Source: Candidatus Undinarchaeota archaeon
GTDB lineage: Archaea > SpSt-1190 > JASMDC01
Direction: 5' to 3'
DNA length: 64,000 bases
Assembly (NCBI GenBank): GCA_964519305.1
Contig: CAZFHY010000005.1
Coordinates: 64,001 to 128,000, forward strand
Shown: positions 9,830 through 18,970 of the stretch, piece by piece
How the letters are laid out: every line of letters begins with the position of its first letter
Position numbering within the stretch: the stretch's first letter is position 1
The notes under the pieces: model-generated
The model's database searches: none
What the model saw: the letters and a program-made list of their open reading frames with translations, nothing else
What the model was told of the DNA's origin: nothing
Translations under genes and position numbers: made by a program

Positions 9830-10885
9830 TCACTCCAGGGACAGCACTACTTTTCCGCTCTGTCCGGAGCGCATAATCTCCATACCCTTCTTGAAGTCCT
9901 CGAAGGGCAGGTTATGAGTGATGATGGTGGACAGATCCTCGCAGAGCGAGGGTATGTTTAGGAGGTTCTTGGTGATCTGCCAGGTCTTGAATATGCGGCG
10001 ACCGGTGATACCGACCATCGTGATGCCCTTGAATACCACCTGATCGGTTATATCGATCGGGATCGGTTCCTTGTACACACCGAGGATAGCGAAGTGGCCA
10101 CCCTTCTTCAGGATCTGTAGACCTGTGTTGAAGGCATGGGCGTTACCGGACATCTCCAGAACTACATCGACACCCGCACCGTTCGTACGTTCGAGGATCT
10201 CCTTCTCCACATCCTGCTTGGAGGCGAGGAAGGTCTTGTAGGCGCCCACCTTCTTGGCGAGCTTGGCCCGATACTTGTTGTCCCCCTCGACGACGTAGAT
10301 CTCCGAAGCACCACAGGCCTTGCACACGGCCGTGGCCATGAGCCCGATGGGGCCTGCTCCAAGGATCGCTACTGATTGTCCCGAGACGTTCGTGGAGAAT
10401 ACAGTGTGCACGGCGTTGCCCAGCGGATCCTGCACGGAGCAGAACTCGGGGGGCAGTGTGGGATCGTTGACCCACACGTTGCGGGCCGGGATGCAGCAGT
10501 ACTCAGCGAAGATCCCGGTGCGGTCCACACCGAATATCTCCACGTTGTCACATATGTGGGCCCGGCCTGACTGGCACATCTCGCACCGGTCGTCCACGAT
10601 GTGGCACTCGCCGGATACGCGGTCTCCCACCTTGACGCTGGTGACAGCAGAACCTACCTCGACTATCTCGCCCGCGAACTCGTGTCCATAGATGAGCGGG
10701 GTCTTGATACGGCCCTGTGCCCACGAGTCCCAATTGAATATATGGACGTCAGTACCGCAGATGGACACGCACTTGTTCCTGATGAGCACATCAGTGGGGC
10801 CTGGTTTAGGGATGTCCACCTCTACGATCTCGGTCCCGTCGTACTCCGGCCGGACCTTCATGACAGCGCGCATCTTACCTTCCAT
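9830..10885 (-). CDS. tdh: L-threonine 3-dehydrogenase
   Basis: SICGTDVHI..WD.WAQ.RIK.P...GHEF, DPLGNAVHT, GAGPIG, GITGRR.F.TW, SGKVVL motifs. Confidence 0.95.
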   Translation of the reverse strand: MEGKMRAVMKVRPEYDGTEIVEVDIPKPGPTDVLIRNKCVSICGTDVHIFNWDSWAQGRIKTPLIYGHEFAGEIVEVGSAVTSVKVGDRVSGECHIVDDRCEMCQSGRAHICDNVEIFGVDRTGIFAEYCCIPARNVWVNDPTLPPEFCSVQDPLGNAVHTVFSTNVSGQSVAILGAGPIGLMATAVCKACGASEIYVVEGDNKYRAKLAKKVGAYKTFLASKQDVEKEILERTNGAGVDVVLEMSGNAHAFNTGLQILKKGGHFAILGVYKEPIPIDITDQVVFKGITMVGITGRRIFKTWQITKNLLNIPSLCEDLSTIITHNLPFEDFKKGMEIMRSGQSGKVVLSLE

Positions 10886-11022
10886 GGTAACGACCCGTAC
10901 CCGTCCTGGGGCAGGGGGCGAGAACTGCAAGTGATTTAAAAACGTGATGGTGCGCCCTGTGCCACGGTCACAGGGTGCGGAGGTCGCCAGCGATGCGGGA
11001 GAGACGGCCTTAGGAAGGAATG

Positions 11023-11262
11023 TCAACCGCCAGCGACGATGGGGTATAGCACTACCTCGTCCCCATCCTTTAGCACACGGTCGAATGATGTCTTCTCCTT
11101 GTTCACGAACACGAGCATCACCATCCCGTCCTCGACCCCGTTCGAGTTCGCAAGTTCGCGCACGGTGGTCCCAGCGGGGACATCACGGTGCATGGGCGGT
11201 TTGACGAACCGTGTGAGCGTGCCCACGGCCCGGAGAGCGATGGAGATCGTGTCGTCGGCCAT
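11023..11262 (-). CDS. MoaD/ThiS family ubiquitin-like sulfur carrier (SAMP-like)
   Basis: 79 aa beta-grasp pattern ending VFVN...LKDGDEVVLYPIVAGG; TATA-like TTTTAAT about 26 nt upstream. Confidence 0.9.
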   Translation of the reverse strand: MADDTISIALRAVGTLTRFVKPPMHRDVPAGTTVRELANSNGVEDGMVMLVFVNKEKTSFDRVLKDGDEVVLYPIVAGG

Positions 11263-11377
11263 CGTGGTCACATCCACGGTCGAGCAGGATTAAAACACTT
11301 TGGGTTAACGGGCACCGGGCTCTTGGCCGTTCGGATCCGCATACAAAGAGACCAATCTCTATCTAATGTGTGAAATG

Positions 11378-11451
11378 AGCCCCCGACGCGATTCGAACGC
11401 GCGACCTGCTGATTACGAATCAGCCGCTCTGACCAGCTGAGCTACGGAGGC
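11378..11451 (-). tRNA. tRNA-Thr (anticodon CGT), intronless, CCA not fully encoded
   Basis: Reverse complement GCCTCCG TA GCTC AGCTGGTCA GAGC G GCTGA TTCGTAA TCAGC AGGTC GCGCG TTCGAAT CGCGT CGGGGGC T folds as a canonical cloverleaf. Confidence 0.97.
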
Positions 11452-12453
11452 CTGTGGTCTGAGGAGGGCATCGACGGCCTCGACAAGGCGGCCGATCAGC
11501 GCCTCCCGTTCGTAGTACGCGATGTCAACCTTTTTAAGCTCGATGGTGACGCTCGGCACGTCGAGTCGATCGTACCGCGGGCCCTTTAGCAGGAGCGGTG
11601 AGCGCAGGTCCGTGAGTAGGCCGAGTTCCAAGGAGCGCTTGTATACCCACTCCGGGGACAGCACACCCTCGCTCAGGTCGAGACCGACACCTATACCTCG
11701 TCGCCGCGAATGGACCAGCTGGCTGTACCCTTCCAGGTCGCTCTTGAGCTGATCGGCCGTCTCCACCAGGTCCTGATAGGTCCGGGGCGCCTCTTCCAAG
11801 GCCACCAACATCCCGGCGACTGTCACAGGATCGGGTGCGGCCAAGGAGAGGGCGAACTGTGCCGATTCCAAGAGCTCCTCGCTATCAGCGGCGATGAATC
11901 CTCCGGAAAGGAGGTTGGCCACTGTGGCGGGGCCGGTGGAACAGACCACGACGTCCGCGTGGCGTCCAGCGTCCTTTCGTCCCAGCACACCTGTGATATC
12001 CTCGATGACCCGTACACCCTTGTCACGGCAGAGGTTAGCGATATGGCGATCGTCGTTCTCCGCAAGGAATCCGGAAGAGGCACTGTAGATGAGGGTCTTG
12101 GGCGCCTTCATGTCCAGGTTCTTCTTCAGGAGGTCGAGGTCGAGGTGACCCTGGTCCGTCTCGAGAGCTTGGGTTTCCAGCCCCAGCACCTTTGGATGGG
12201 TCCTGAACGCGATCCAGCCGCCCGTATCTGGCAGCATCACGGGACCTGGGGCAACGAAGAGCGCTGCGAAGATGGCGCCGTTCCCGCTCGATACGGGGCG
12301 GACATAGGCCTTCCCCGTCATCCGTGATACCTTGGCCACAAGCTCCTTGGTCGCGCCAGCGTCCTTGGATGAAGTGTAGTCCTTACCAAGACCCACGGCT
12401 GCCGCGGACATGGCCTTGCGCACTTTGATGCTCGGCGACCTGTGCTTGAACAT
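11413..12453 (-). CDS. PLP-dependent transferase fold-type I protein of unknown function (archaeal family)
   Basis: VSSGNGAIFAAL, LPDTGGW, VIEDITG.LG, ADVVVCSTG...N..SGGFI motifs; stop codon lies inside the tRNA. Confidence 0.75.
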   Translation of the reverse strand: MFKHRSPSIKVRKAMSAAAVGLGKDYTSSKDAGATKELVAKVSRMTGKAYVRPVSSGNGAIFAALFVAPGPVMLPDTGGWIAFRTHPKVLGLETQALETDQGHLDLDLLKKNLDMKAPKTLIYSASSGFLAENDDRHIANLCRDKGVRVIEDITGVLGRKDAGRHADVVVCSTGPATVANLLSGGFIAADSEELLESAQFALSLAAPDPVTVAGMLVALEEAPRTYQDLVETADQLKSDLEGYSQLVHSRRRGIGVGLDLSEGVLSPEWVYKRSLELGLLTDLRSPLLLKGPRYDRLDVPSVTIELKKVDIAYYEREALIGRLVEAVDALLRPQASVAQLVRAADS

Positions 12454-12578
12454 CGCAGGCCTCAACCCGCCGCCAAACCTTATAATGATTTCCCGCGTGC
12501 CAAAGATTCGCACGATTTAGCCCCGCCGAAACATTTTTAACCACCTAGGGGAGCCTGCCGCGACAGGTGTAGGTATCA

Positions 12579-13808
12579 ATGGTCGGATATGATCTTGAGA
12601 GCGATGGCTCCTCCGCTGCCGAGGCTGCGGACGGGTACGTCGTTAATGATGATTTGAACAAAGGTGATGTGAGCAAGGTCATGTTGCTCGGAGGGCTGTT
12701 CGCTGCCGGGTATGCGCTCACCGCGCTCCTGGACCGGGATCCCGAAGTGTCCGAACAAAAGGTGGAGGAGAAAGGCTTCGACTACTCCTCGCTCAAGGAG
12801 GATGGTTCCTGGGAAGAGCTCGACGTCGTCGTGGACAACAACGGTTACGCGGAGCTCACCGAGACCACCGGCTACCTCGCGGTCACCGAGGAGATGGAAG
12901 AGGTCGCTGCGCAGCTTGAGGAGGACACCGTGCTAGAGACCGTCGTGGCCGATGCCGAGTACGTCAAGGAGCATATCGGTATGAACGGCTACTATGTGGG
13001 CATCTACAATGTCAACGTCCCCGAGACGGCCGCCGAGACCTTCCAGGACGGTACCGGGGTGTGCGCCGAGCATGCGAACCTCTTCACAGCAATCGCCCGA
13101 GAGCAGGGCATACCTGCCGTCATCCGTACCGGCATATCCCGCGGTGTGGGGCATGCCTGGGCCGAGGTCCCCGTCCAGACCGAAGAGGGTGTGCAGTACC
13201 TGATCGTGGACCCGACCAACAACTACATCGGACCCTATTCGGAGAACTACATCCATTCCTTCGATGCCGGGCACCCGTTCAGTCAGCTCAGTGACGCTCT
13301 GGCAATCACGGGCAACATCAAGGATTACGACTCCATGGGCAAGCTCCTCCTTTACGATCACGAGAATATGCCTGACATAGCTGAGGCCTTGAAGGACCCT
13401 GGCGCCCATATGGACGAGATCCGCGAGGCCATCGCTCAGGCCCGGATCGAGGTTGCCCCCGAGGACGCTGAGAGCTTAGAGCTACTCGGTGAGTACGGCC
13501 AGTACGTCCGCAATGGTGTACAGTTCGGTGGGCTGGGACTTGTGTCCTACGGTGTGAGCTCATTCACCCACAAGCGCAAGATGTCCATCGGCGGAGCGCT
13601 AAAGGCCGTGGCCATCGGCATCGCCGGCGGTACCGTGGCGACCGCGTCCTCGCTCATCTTCGGGCTGGGCCAGTACATGGGCATTGCTGGTAACATCGGC
13701 GCCATATACGGCGGGTCCAACACCGAGAAGACCAAGGCGGAGCTGGCGGCCGAGCAGTCGGCAAGCTGCCTTGCCAGCGAGGAGCACCTCTTCCGCGAAG
13801 AGGAGTGA
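12579..13808 (+). CDS. Membrane-associated transglutaminase-like (Cys-His-Asp) protein
   Basis: G.GVCAEHANLF.A..R..GIPA, HAWAEV, VDPT triad motifs; N- and C-terminal hydrophobic segments. Confidence 0.85.
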   Translation: MVGYDLESDGSSAAEAADGYVVNDDLNKGDVSKVMLLGGLFAAGYALTALLDRDPEVSEQKVEEKGFDYSSLKEDGSWEELDVVVDNNGYAELTETTGYLAVTEEMEEVAAQLEEDTVLETVVADAEYVKEHIGMNGYYVGIYNVNVPETAAETFQDGTGVCAEHANLFTAIAREQGIPAVIRTGISRGVGHAWAEVPVQTEEGVQYLIVDPTNNYIGPYSENYIHSFDAGHPFSQLSDALAITGNIKDYDSMGKLLLYDHENMPDIAEALKDPGAHMDEIREAIAQARIEVAPEDAESLELLGEYGQYVRNGVQFGGLGLVSYGVSSFTHKRKMSIGGALKAVAIGIAGGTVATASSLIFGLGQYMGIAGNIGAIYGGSNTEKTKAELAAEQSASCLASEEHLFREEE

Positions 13809-15059
13809 TCAGCGGCCCTCTGTCACGTACCGGGCGGCCCGGGCAACGGCGGCCATCTCTGGCTCGCCCAGCGGCGGGTGCACGGGCAGATGGACCAGCT
13901 CCCGGGCCAGTACCTCGGCCGTCGGGCACCTTCCTGAGGCGCCACCGAACATCGGAAGGGACCCACATGCCATCATAGGGGTCGCCCGCGTATCCACGCC
14001 ATGCCGGAGCATCCGCTTCATGAAACCGGCGCGGTCCTTAACACGGCTGCAGTACCCATGGTAGGCGTGCTCTGCGTTCCGGGGCGCACCCGGGAGAGTG
14101 AGCGCCGGTATGTCGGCGAGCTCGCGGTCGAGCGCGTGGGCGTTCGCCCGGCGCCGGGATAGCTCATCGTCGAGGTGGTCAAGCCCACTAAGGCCCTTGA
14201 TGGCCTGGACATTGGTTAGACTACCCCGGGAACCGGGGGGCAGGGTCTTTAGCAGAAGCTCCTCCTCGGCAAAAGGATCGGTGGCCGCAGAGCCTGAGAG
14301 CGATGCAAAAGCAGAGGAAAGGGCCAGTGCGGGGAAAACGGACAGACTGAAAAGGGGTTGACGGGTAAGAGCCCAGACGGCGGTGTCCTTGATCACCGCC
14401 TTTGTGATCCGTGTCCTCGAAGGTCGCTGTTCTTTTGCCAACACCTCGCGGACGGCGTGGGCGATAGCACCGTCGTCCGTGGTGATGATGCCCCCCCCGA
14501 AGGCCATGGGGGTCTTGCCGGTCGCCATCGAGAATACTGAAGCCATCCCCTGGGTACCGACCTTGCGGCCCTTGTACCGTGCACCAGTGGCATGGGCACT
14601 GTCCTCGATCATCACTAGACCATGGTCCTCGGCCAGGTCACCCAGCGCCGCCATGTCGCACGGGCATCCATAGAGATGAGTTGGGACGATCGCTCTCGTC
14701 CTCGGTGTGACCGCGTCAGCCACTGCAGTGGGATCTAGCGTGTAGGTCTCCGGCGACACGTCCGCGAACCGCACGGCAGCAGACCACATAGCTACGTTTG
14801 GCATGACAGGGATGGTGAGGGCCGGTAATATCACCTCGTCCTTTCGTGATAGCCCCAATGCCTCCATCAGCAACTGAAAAGCGTACCGACCCGATGCCAC
14901 TGCAATGGCGTGCTCTACGTGAAGGTACTGGGCGAAGGCCTCCTCGAAGCGCGCCACCTCTTCGCCTTCCATAAAGGAGGAGAATGGGATCGAGGTCACC
15001 GCCCGTAACGCCTCGGCAAGGGTCATGCTCACACCCTGACGAGGGATTGGAAGGACCAT
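13809..15059 (-). CDS. DegT/DnrJ/EryC1/StrS family aminotransferase
   Basis: FEEAFA.Y, VASG..A, PTHLYG.PCDM, IEDSAHA.G, FS...GK...GGG motifs. Confidence 0.92.
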   Translation of the reverse strand: MVLPIPRQGVSMTLAEALRAVTSIPFSSFMEGEEVARFEEAFAQYLHVEHAIAVASGRYAFQLLMEALGLSRKDEVILPALTIPVMPNVAMWSAAVRFADVSPETYTLDPTAVADAVTPRTRAIVPTHLYGCPCDMAALGDLAEDHGLVMIEDSAHATGARYKGRKVGTQGMASVFSMATGKTPMAFGGGIITTDDGAIAHAVREVLAKEQRPSRTRITKAVIKDTAVWALTRQPLFSLSVFPALALSSAFASLSGSAATDPFAEEELLLKTLPPGSRGSLTNVQAIKGLSGLDHLDDELSRRRANAHALDRELADIPALTLPGAPRNAEHAYHGYCSRVKDRAGFMKRMLRHGVDTRATPMMACGSLPMFGGASGRCPTAEVLARELVHLPVHPPLGEPEMAAVARAARYVTEGR

Positions 15060-15118
15060 CTGCTCGATGGCGCGCTACCAAACTTTTAATCCGTTTGGGC
15101 GATCGAGCGGGACCCGGT

Positions 15119-16072
15119 TCAGGATGCGCTGATTATCCTGTACGTTGCCGTGCCGTTCAGTATCCGCACTATCGCCGCTTGGCCAGGTGTGTCCGAGCCA
15201 TCAAGTAGGGTCCAGGGATGGCCGGGTGCCGCGTTGAGCAGGAGCTGAGCTACCGGCGTGTCCGGTGGTACTTCTTCTCCCCCCGGCGTTTCTGCACGTC
15301 CACCAGCCTCATGGATATGGCCGAACACGTGGAGGGTGAACCCGCCCTGTTCGAACACCTCATTGAGACGCTGATCGCCGACATGGGCCCCGTCGGTGAT
15401 CTGGTCAATCCCGCCCTCCCGCACTGACCGGGGTGGGCCGTGTGTGAGAAGGAGACGTGGTACTGGAAGGTCCTTGGCCCGACGCACCGCTGATCCGTAT
15501 TCCTCGTCACCTATAAGGCGACCAGTGGCCGGGATGAAGCGCTGGTCGTGATAACCGCCCAGTGCCACGATGGAAACATCATCCAGCCGGGCCACAGGTA
15601 CACGGACCATGTCCACTAGGTTCGGATTGGCTTTCATCATGCGGGTCAGGACCGCATCGTATACCTGCATCTGCTCGTGGTTCCCGGGGATGGTCAGCAC
15701 GAGCATGCTGGTCGTCAGGAACGGTGTGAGCACCCGTTCCATCTCCGCATCGTCCGGCCCCGGATCTCGGTAATGATCACAGATATCGCCGCACACAAGC
15801 ACGATGTCAACACCAGCGTCCTTGAACCGGGCTGCCAGGGCCGCTGCGGCGGTCCCGTTCCCGTGCAGATCGCAAGCCACACCGACGACTGCGAGGCCAT
15901 CATCGTCGCGGTCATCCTGGACGAGGGTTCCCTGGACGAACCTGTAAGGATGTCCTCCGATAGTGAATTTCCCGTCCTTGGGCGGCGTACTCTCCTCGGG
16001 GCCCGAGGAGAAGCAACCGCAGAGGAACAGGCTCAGGACAATTATCGCCAAATAGCGGTCTGGTGGGGACAT
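15119..16072 (-). CDS. Calcineurin-like metallophosphoesterase, predicted lipoprotein
   Basis: Lipobox-like LCGC after a hydrophobic stretch; DLHG, GD, PGNHE, THGPP, GHIHE motifs. Confidence 0.9.
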   Translation of the reverse strand: MSPPDRYLAIIVLSLFLCGCFSSGPEESTPPKDGKFTIGGHPYRFVQGTLVQDDRDDDGLAVVGVACDLHGNGTAAAALAARFKDAGVDIVLVCGDICDHYRDPGPDDAEMERVLTPFLTTSMLVLTIPGNHEQMQVYDAVLTRMMKANPNLVDMVRVPVARLDDVSIVALGGYHDQRFIPATGRLIGDEEYGSAVRRAKDLPVPRLLLTHGPPRSVREGGIDQITDGAHVGDQRLNEVFEQGGFTLHVFGHIHEAGGRAETPGGEEVPPDTPVAQLLLNAAPGHPWTLLDGSDTPGQAAIVRILNGTATYRIISAS

Positions 16073-16092
16073 GGTCTCCCCCCGAGGTCCTC

Positions 16093-16656
16093 TCAGGACG
16101 TCTCGCTTGGCTGGAGCATCCGCCCGGCCCGGACCATGAAGGCCGTGTTCGTGGACTTGACGTACTCGTACTCGTGCACCGTGTCAAGGAACTCGGCGAA
16201 GTCCAACATGGACCCGCAGTCGATGGATGCCAGAAGGTCATGTTCCCCGGTGACCACGTACGCCCGCGCGACCTGTGGAACTTTCTTGAGCCGTGATGCG
16301 AGGGGTTTGGTCATTCCTGTCCGGACGTTGATAGAAACGGTGGCGATGAGATGGGATTTGAGCATCTGCTTCTGGTCGTCATCCGAGGGTTCGATGAACT
16401 TAAAGGTCGACGGCTCCTTCACGACCTCCTTCACAACAGAGGACCGGGAGCGGGTGACCCACGGGAAGTTCGTTAGGCGGTCGAGCACCTTGGTGAGCTG
16501 CCAGATGCTCTGGCACCGCACCTCGACCAGGTAGTCGTACGGTCCGGTGACAGCGAGCACCGCGGCGCAGTGCTCCTGCTCCTTGAGGAGGTCCACGGTC
16601 TCGCGGAGGGAATTGTAGTTCCCCATTAGCTCCACGAACGCGACGACCTCTCCCAT
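16093..16656 (-). CDS. Tandem Lrp/AsnC ligand-binding (RAM) domain protein without HTH
   Basis: Two copies of the RAM signature: AVTGPYDYLVEV and YVVTGEHDLLASI...VKSTNT. Confidence 0.8.
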   Translation of the reverse strand: MGEVVAFVELMGNYNSLRETVDLLKEQEHCAAVLAVTGPYDYLVEVRCQSIWQLTKVLDRLTNFPWVTRSRSSVVKEVVKEPSTFKFIEPSDDDQKQMLKSHLIATVSINVRTGMTKPLASRLKKVPQVARAYVVTGEHDLLASIDCGSMLDFAEFLDTVHEYEYVKSTNTAFMVRAGRMLQPSETS

Positions 16657-16807
16657 AGCTGCCTTTGCTCAATCGACAGCCATGATTAATAAGGGTATCG
16701 CACAAGGGGTCCAAACCCCATGTTCCCCCGGATTGGACCCGTGTTCGGGGGCGTTTTTACGATATCTTTTTAAAGGGGAAACAAAACTCACATCCCCGGG
16801 GTACGGA

Positions 16808-16927
16808 ATGCACGTTGACGTAATCCTATCAGAGGAGCTTCGTGAGGGTATGGACCTCGCTCAGCTCCCCGAGGTCCACGGACCAGCAAACGAGCCCGAT
16901 TATGGGGAGTTCGCCTCCCTGTTCTAG
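16808..16927 (+). CDS. Possible 39-aa acidic small protein
   Basis: MHVDVILSEELREGMDLAQLPEVHGPANEPDYGEFASLF; sits in an intergenic gap downstream of TATA-like TTTTTAAA (~16766-16773). Confidence 0.3.
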   Translation: MHVDVILSEELREGMDLAQLPEVHGPANEPDYGEFASLF

Positions 16928-16993
16928 GGCCGCTGACACAATCCCTCAGGCGCCAGCGAACGATTTTTAACGTTGAACGCTGTCTTGGATAAT

Positions 16994-17986
16994 GTGGACA
17001 CCATTCGCTGGGCTGAAGGATTGGTCGAACTGGTCGACCAGCGACGGCTCCCCTTCGAACGTTGCACACTCAAATGCACGACCGTCGAGGAGCTCGCTCT
17101 CGCTATAGAGTGTATGGCCGTGCGCGGGGCACCGGCCATCGGTGTCGCGGCCGCATTCGGTATGGCCTTGGCTGCTCGCGAGGACGATTCCCGCAAGGCC
17201 CTTGCTAGCGCACGAGAACGCCTACTGCGGACTCGCCCCACGGCGGTCAACATTGCCTGGGGTCTACAGCGAGTAGAGAACGCGGTCCACGATGTGCCCG
17301 AGAATGAGATCGCTGCGGTGGCACTGGCGGAAGCGCAACGGATCCTTGAGGAGGATATCGCCCGCAATCGCGCCCTGGGACGTCATGGTGCCGCCCTGCT
17401 CGATGACGGTGATACGGTGCTCACCCACTGCAATGCCGGGGCACTGGCCACCGGGGGGTACGGTACGGCCCTGGGGGTCATCCGGGCTGCGGTCGAGGCA
17501 GGGAAGCGTATCGACGTGGTCGCTGACGAGACCCGTCCCAGGCTCCAGGGTGCGCGGCTCACCATGTTCGAGCTGATGGAGGAGGGGATCCCAGCGAGGC
17601 TCCTTCCGGACGGAGCTTCCGGCCTTCTCATGCGTCGCGGGATGGTCCAGAAGGTGGTAGTGGGCGCTGACCGGATCGCTGCCAACGGCGACGTAGCAAA
17701 CAAGGTCGGGACCTACATGGCCGCCCTTGCCGCCCATGACAACGGTATCCCCTTCTACGTGGCAGCCCCCACATCGACAATCGATCCGGACACGCCTTCC
17801 GCTGAGGACATCATCATCGAGGAACGTGATGAGGAAGAGGTGCTCAAGGTGCTGGGCACGCCCATTGCACCACCCGGCGCTCGCGCCTACAACTTCGCCT
17901 TCGATGTAACACCCGCACGATTGATCACGGCCATCATCACCGAGCGGGGTGTGTATCCTCCAAGCGAAATCCTCAGATCGCTTTAA
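16994..17986 (+). CDS. mtnA: S-methyl-5-thioribose-1-phosphate isomerase
   Basis: DQRRLP, VRGAPAIG, TRPTAVN, THCNAGALAT..YGTALG, ETRP.LQGARLT, GADRI..NGD.ANKVGTY. GTG at 16994 preferred because TTTTTAA lies about 25 nt upstream. Confidence 0.95.
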   Translation: MDTIRWAEGLVELVDQRRLPFERCTLKCTTVEELALAIECMAVRGAPAIGVAAAFGMALAAREDDSRKALASARERLLRTRPTAVNIAWGLQRVENAVHDVPENEIAAVALAEAQRILEEDIARNRALGRHGAALLDDGDTVLTHCNAGALATGGYGTALGVIRAAVEAGKRIDVVADETRPRLQGARLTMFELMEEGIPARLLPDGASGLLMRRGMVQKVVVGADRIAANGDVANKVGTYMAALAAHDNGIPFYVAAPTSTIDPDTPSAEDIIIEERDEEEVLKVLGTPIAPPGARAYNFAFDVTPARLITAIITERGVYPPSEILRSL

Positions 17987-18051
17987 TAATGAAAGTGCGG
18001 ACCGGCCCACGAGGGTCGAAGATAAAAATGAATCGACCGTGAAACATTGAC

Positions 18052-18864
18052 ATGGTCGACAAGCTGCTCGCTGAGATGAACCGTCTGGCAGACGCTGGAG
18101 AGGTGTTCGCAGTGGCCACCATCACAGCATCAGAGGGCTCCAGCCCCCGTCACATCGGCAGCAAGATGATCGTGCGCGCTGACGGTTCCATCGTCGGGAG
18201 CGTCGGCGGTGGTGCGGTAGAAAAGTTCATCCATAGCAAAACCAAGCGGCTGATGAAGCACCGTGTCACGGAAACGATCGATGTCGACCTCTCGAAGCTG
18301 GGAATGATATGTGGCGGGAAGGTTACGGTGTTCATCGAGACCCATGGCCCGGTAATCAGACTCGTCATCTGCGGCGGCGGCCACATCGGCATTGCCCTCG
18401 CAGACATGGGTGACAAGATGGGGATCCCCATTTGGGTGGCGGATGACCGGCCCGAGTTCTGCAACGAGGAGCGGTTCCCCCAGGCCGAGCGGCTCTTCTG
18501 CGGCCCGTACCCAGAGACAATTCCGACCATACCCCTTGATCCCATGTGCGCTGTCGTGATCGTCACGCACGGTCATGTCCACGACTACACCTGTCTCAGG
18601 ACCGCTGTAGAGTCCGATGCAAGGTACATAGGTATGATCGGGAGCAGGAACAAGGTCGGAGCTGCGCTCAAGCGCCTGCGCAGCGATGGTGTTTCCGAGG
18701 AGGCAATCGCGAATGTGCGTGCTCCTGTCGGTCTTGACGTTGGTGCTGAGTCGCCCTACGAGATCACGGTCGCGATCCTTGCCGAAATGCTGAACGTCTT
18801 CAGAGGCGGTACCGGTCGTCCGATGCGTGATACCGTTCCCGAAGAAGGGATGAAAAAGAAGTAA
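18052..18864 (+). CDS. xdhC: XdhC/CoxI family molybdenum cofactor maturation protein
   Basis: GSSPR..G.KM, GSVGGG.VE, MICGG, GGGHI, DDRPEF, YIGMIGSR.K, PVGLD.GA.SP.EI motifs. Confidence 0.92.
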   Translation: MVDKLLAEMNRLADAGEVFAVATITASEGSSPRHIGSKMIVRADGSIVGSVGGGAVEKFIHSKTKRLMKHRVTETIDVDLSKLGMICGGKVTVFIETHGPVIRLVICGGGHIGIALADMGDKMGIPIWVADDRPEFCNEERFPQAERLFCGPYPETIPTIPLDPMCAVVIVTHGHVHDYTCLRTAVESDARYIGMIGSRNKVGAALKRLRSDGVSEEAIANVRAPVGLDVGAESPYEITVAILAEMLNVFRGGTGRPMRDTVPEEGMKKK

Positions 18865-18970
18865 CGATACAAACTGTATTAATCTCCGGATTGTCGAGAC
18901 CCTATCGATTCGAATCCTGCACCATAGGCGCAACTCTTTTATCCTTTGATTCAGCGCCAGTAACAATAGT

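Noticed and set aside
11278-11451. tRNA-Thr as an integration site for a mobile element
   Set aside because: No integrase and no duplicated tRNA 3' end seen in the window.
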